Origin: Nitrososphaeria archaeon
GTDB lineage: Archaea; Thermoproteota; Nitrososphaeria; JACIWG01
Length of the DNA: 64,000 nt
Assembly: GCA_963752255.1 (NCBI GenBank)
Contig: CAVVXT010000019.1
Span: forward strand, 64,001 to 128,000
Direction: 5' to 3'
Numbering within the stretch: position 1 is the first letter of the stretch; every line of letters begins with the position of its first letter. This document shows positions 63,352 through 64,000 of the stretch, one piece after another. The notes beneath the pieces are model-generated. The model had not been told where the DNA came from. It searched no databases and worked only from the letters and a program-made list of their open reading frames with translations. Position numbers and translations under genes: made by a program.

Positions 63352-63978
63352 ATGGCCAGCAGAGAATATTTCGATAGCGTCGCAGGAGAATGGGACACGA
63401 TGCAGAGAAGCTTCTTTTCAGAAAAAGTAAGGGAGAAAGCCTTTGCCGTAGCTAACGTAGAAGAAGATAGGCTGGCTGCAGATATAGGAGCAGGCACCGG
63501 TTTCATAACAGAAGGTCTCATAAGGAGAGGAGTAAGAGTGATCGCCGTTGACCAATCCAGGAACATGATCGAAGAACTAAGGAAGAAGGTCTCAAAAGCC
63601 ACAAAAATAGATTTTCGCGTTGGTAGTGTAGAAAAATTGCCAATAGCAGATGAGACTGTTGATTACGCCTTTGCAAACATGGTGCTCCATCACGTCAGTT
63701 CACCTCAGGATGCAATAAGGGAGATGACGCGAATACTAAAATCAGGTGGAAAGATCATTATTACAGACCTAGACGAACACAACTTCGAGTTCCTCAAAAC
63801 GGAGCACAAAGATCGCTGGATGGGGTTCAAGCGTGAAGAAGTTAGGAAATGGCTTTCTAAAGCCGGACTAAAAAATGTTGGTGTAGACTGCGTCGGTGAA
63901 AACTGTTGTGCGACATCGAATTCTGGATTCGATAAAGCTACAGTAAGCATATTTATTGCCTTCGGCCAAAAGAGTTGA
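63352..63978 (+). CDS. Class I SAM-dependent methyltransferase
   Basis: YFD.VA..WD, DIGAGTG, AVDQS..M, NMVLHH, C-terminal ENCC. Confidence 0.9.
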   Translation: MASREYFDSVAGEWDTMQRSFFSEKVREKAFAVANVEEDRLAADIGAGTGFITEGLIRRGVRVIAVDQSRNMIEELRKKVSKATKIDFRVGSVEKLPIADETVDYAFANMVLHHVSSPQDAIREMTRILKSGGKIIITDLDEHNFEFLKTEHKDRWMGFKREEVRKWLSKAGLKNVGVDCVGENCCATSNSGFDKATVSIFIAFGQKS

Positions 63979-64000
63979 TCTTGCTATATCCGCTTTTATG

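Noticed and set aside
63352-63978. Calling the terminal methyltransferase arsM
   Set aside because: It has a C-terminal CC pair but lacks the ArsM N-terminal GCG and SNCV motifs, and lies far from the ars island.

Overview
64 kb of an archaeal chromosome, most likely a TACK-group (Nitrososphaeria/Bathyarchaeia-like, probably non-ammonia-oxidising) genome. This rests on radA, ABCE1, NreA, Tes, GGGP synthase, GPN GTPase, topoisomerase IB, AsnRS and an eL22-like protein. Two parts are visible. (1) About 1-18.2 kb is an accessory, mosaic region: the 3' end of a PolB gene, a ThuA-like gene, a tungstate/molybdate ABC locus (wtpBC, wtpA) with two membrane-anchored sulfite-oxidase-fold repeat proteins that lack the metal-binding Cys and a ModE-like operator, a broken surface-protein gene, and an arsenic-resistance island (acr3, arsR, arsC, DUF5714). 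It ends in a decayed integrated element (about 12-18.2 kb) with an hsdM relic, tRNA-3'-end (att-like) scars, a 172-bp inverted-repeat element, three copies of a symmetric ~50-bp site (TGTTCAAAA-N12-GTCATGAC-N12-TTTTGAACA) and a fused type IIB topoisomerase (Topo VIII-like) gene whose probable ATG is the centre of the third site. (2) About 18.2-64 kb is dense housekeeping sequence. Several genes are split by single-base indels, many in homopolymers, which points to long-read errors rather than true pseudogenes. I found no rRNA, intact tRNA, CRISPR array or intact integrase/transposase. All family calls come from recognising motifs by eye; no database search was run.
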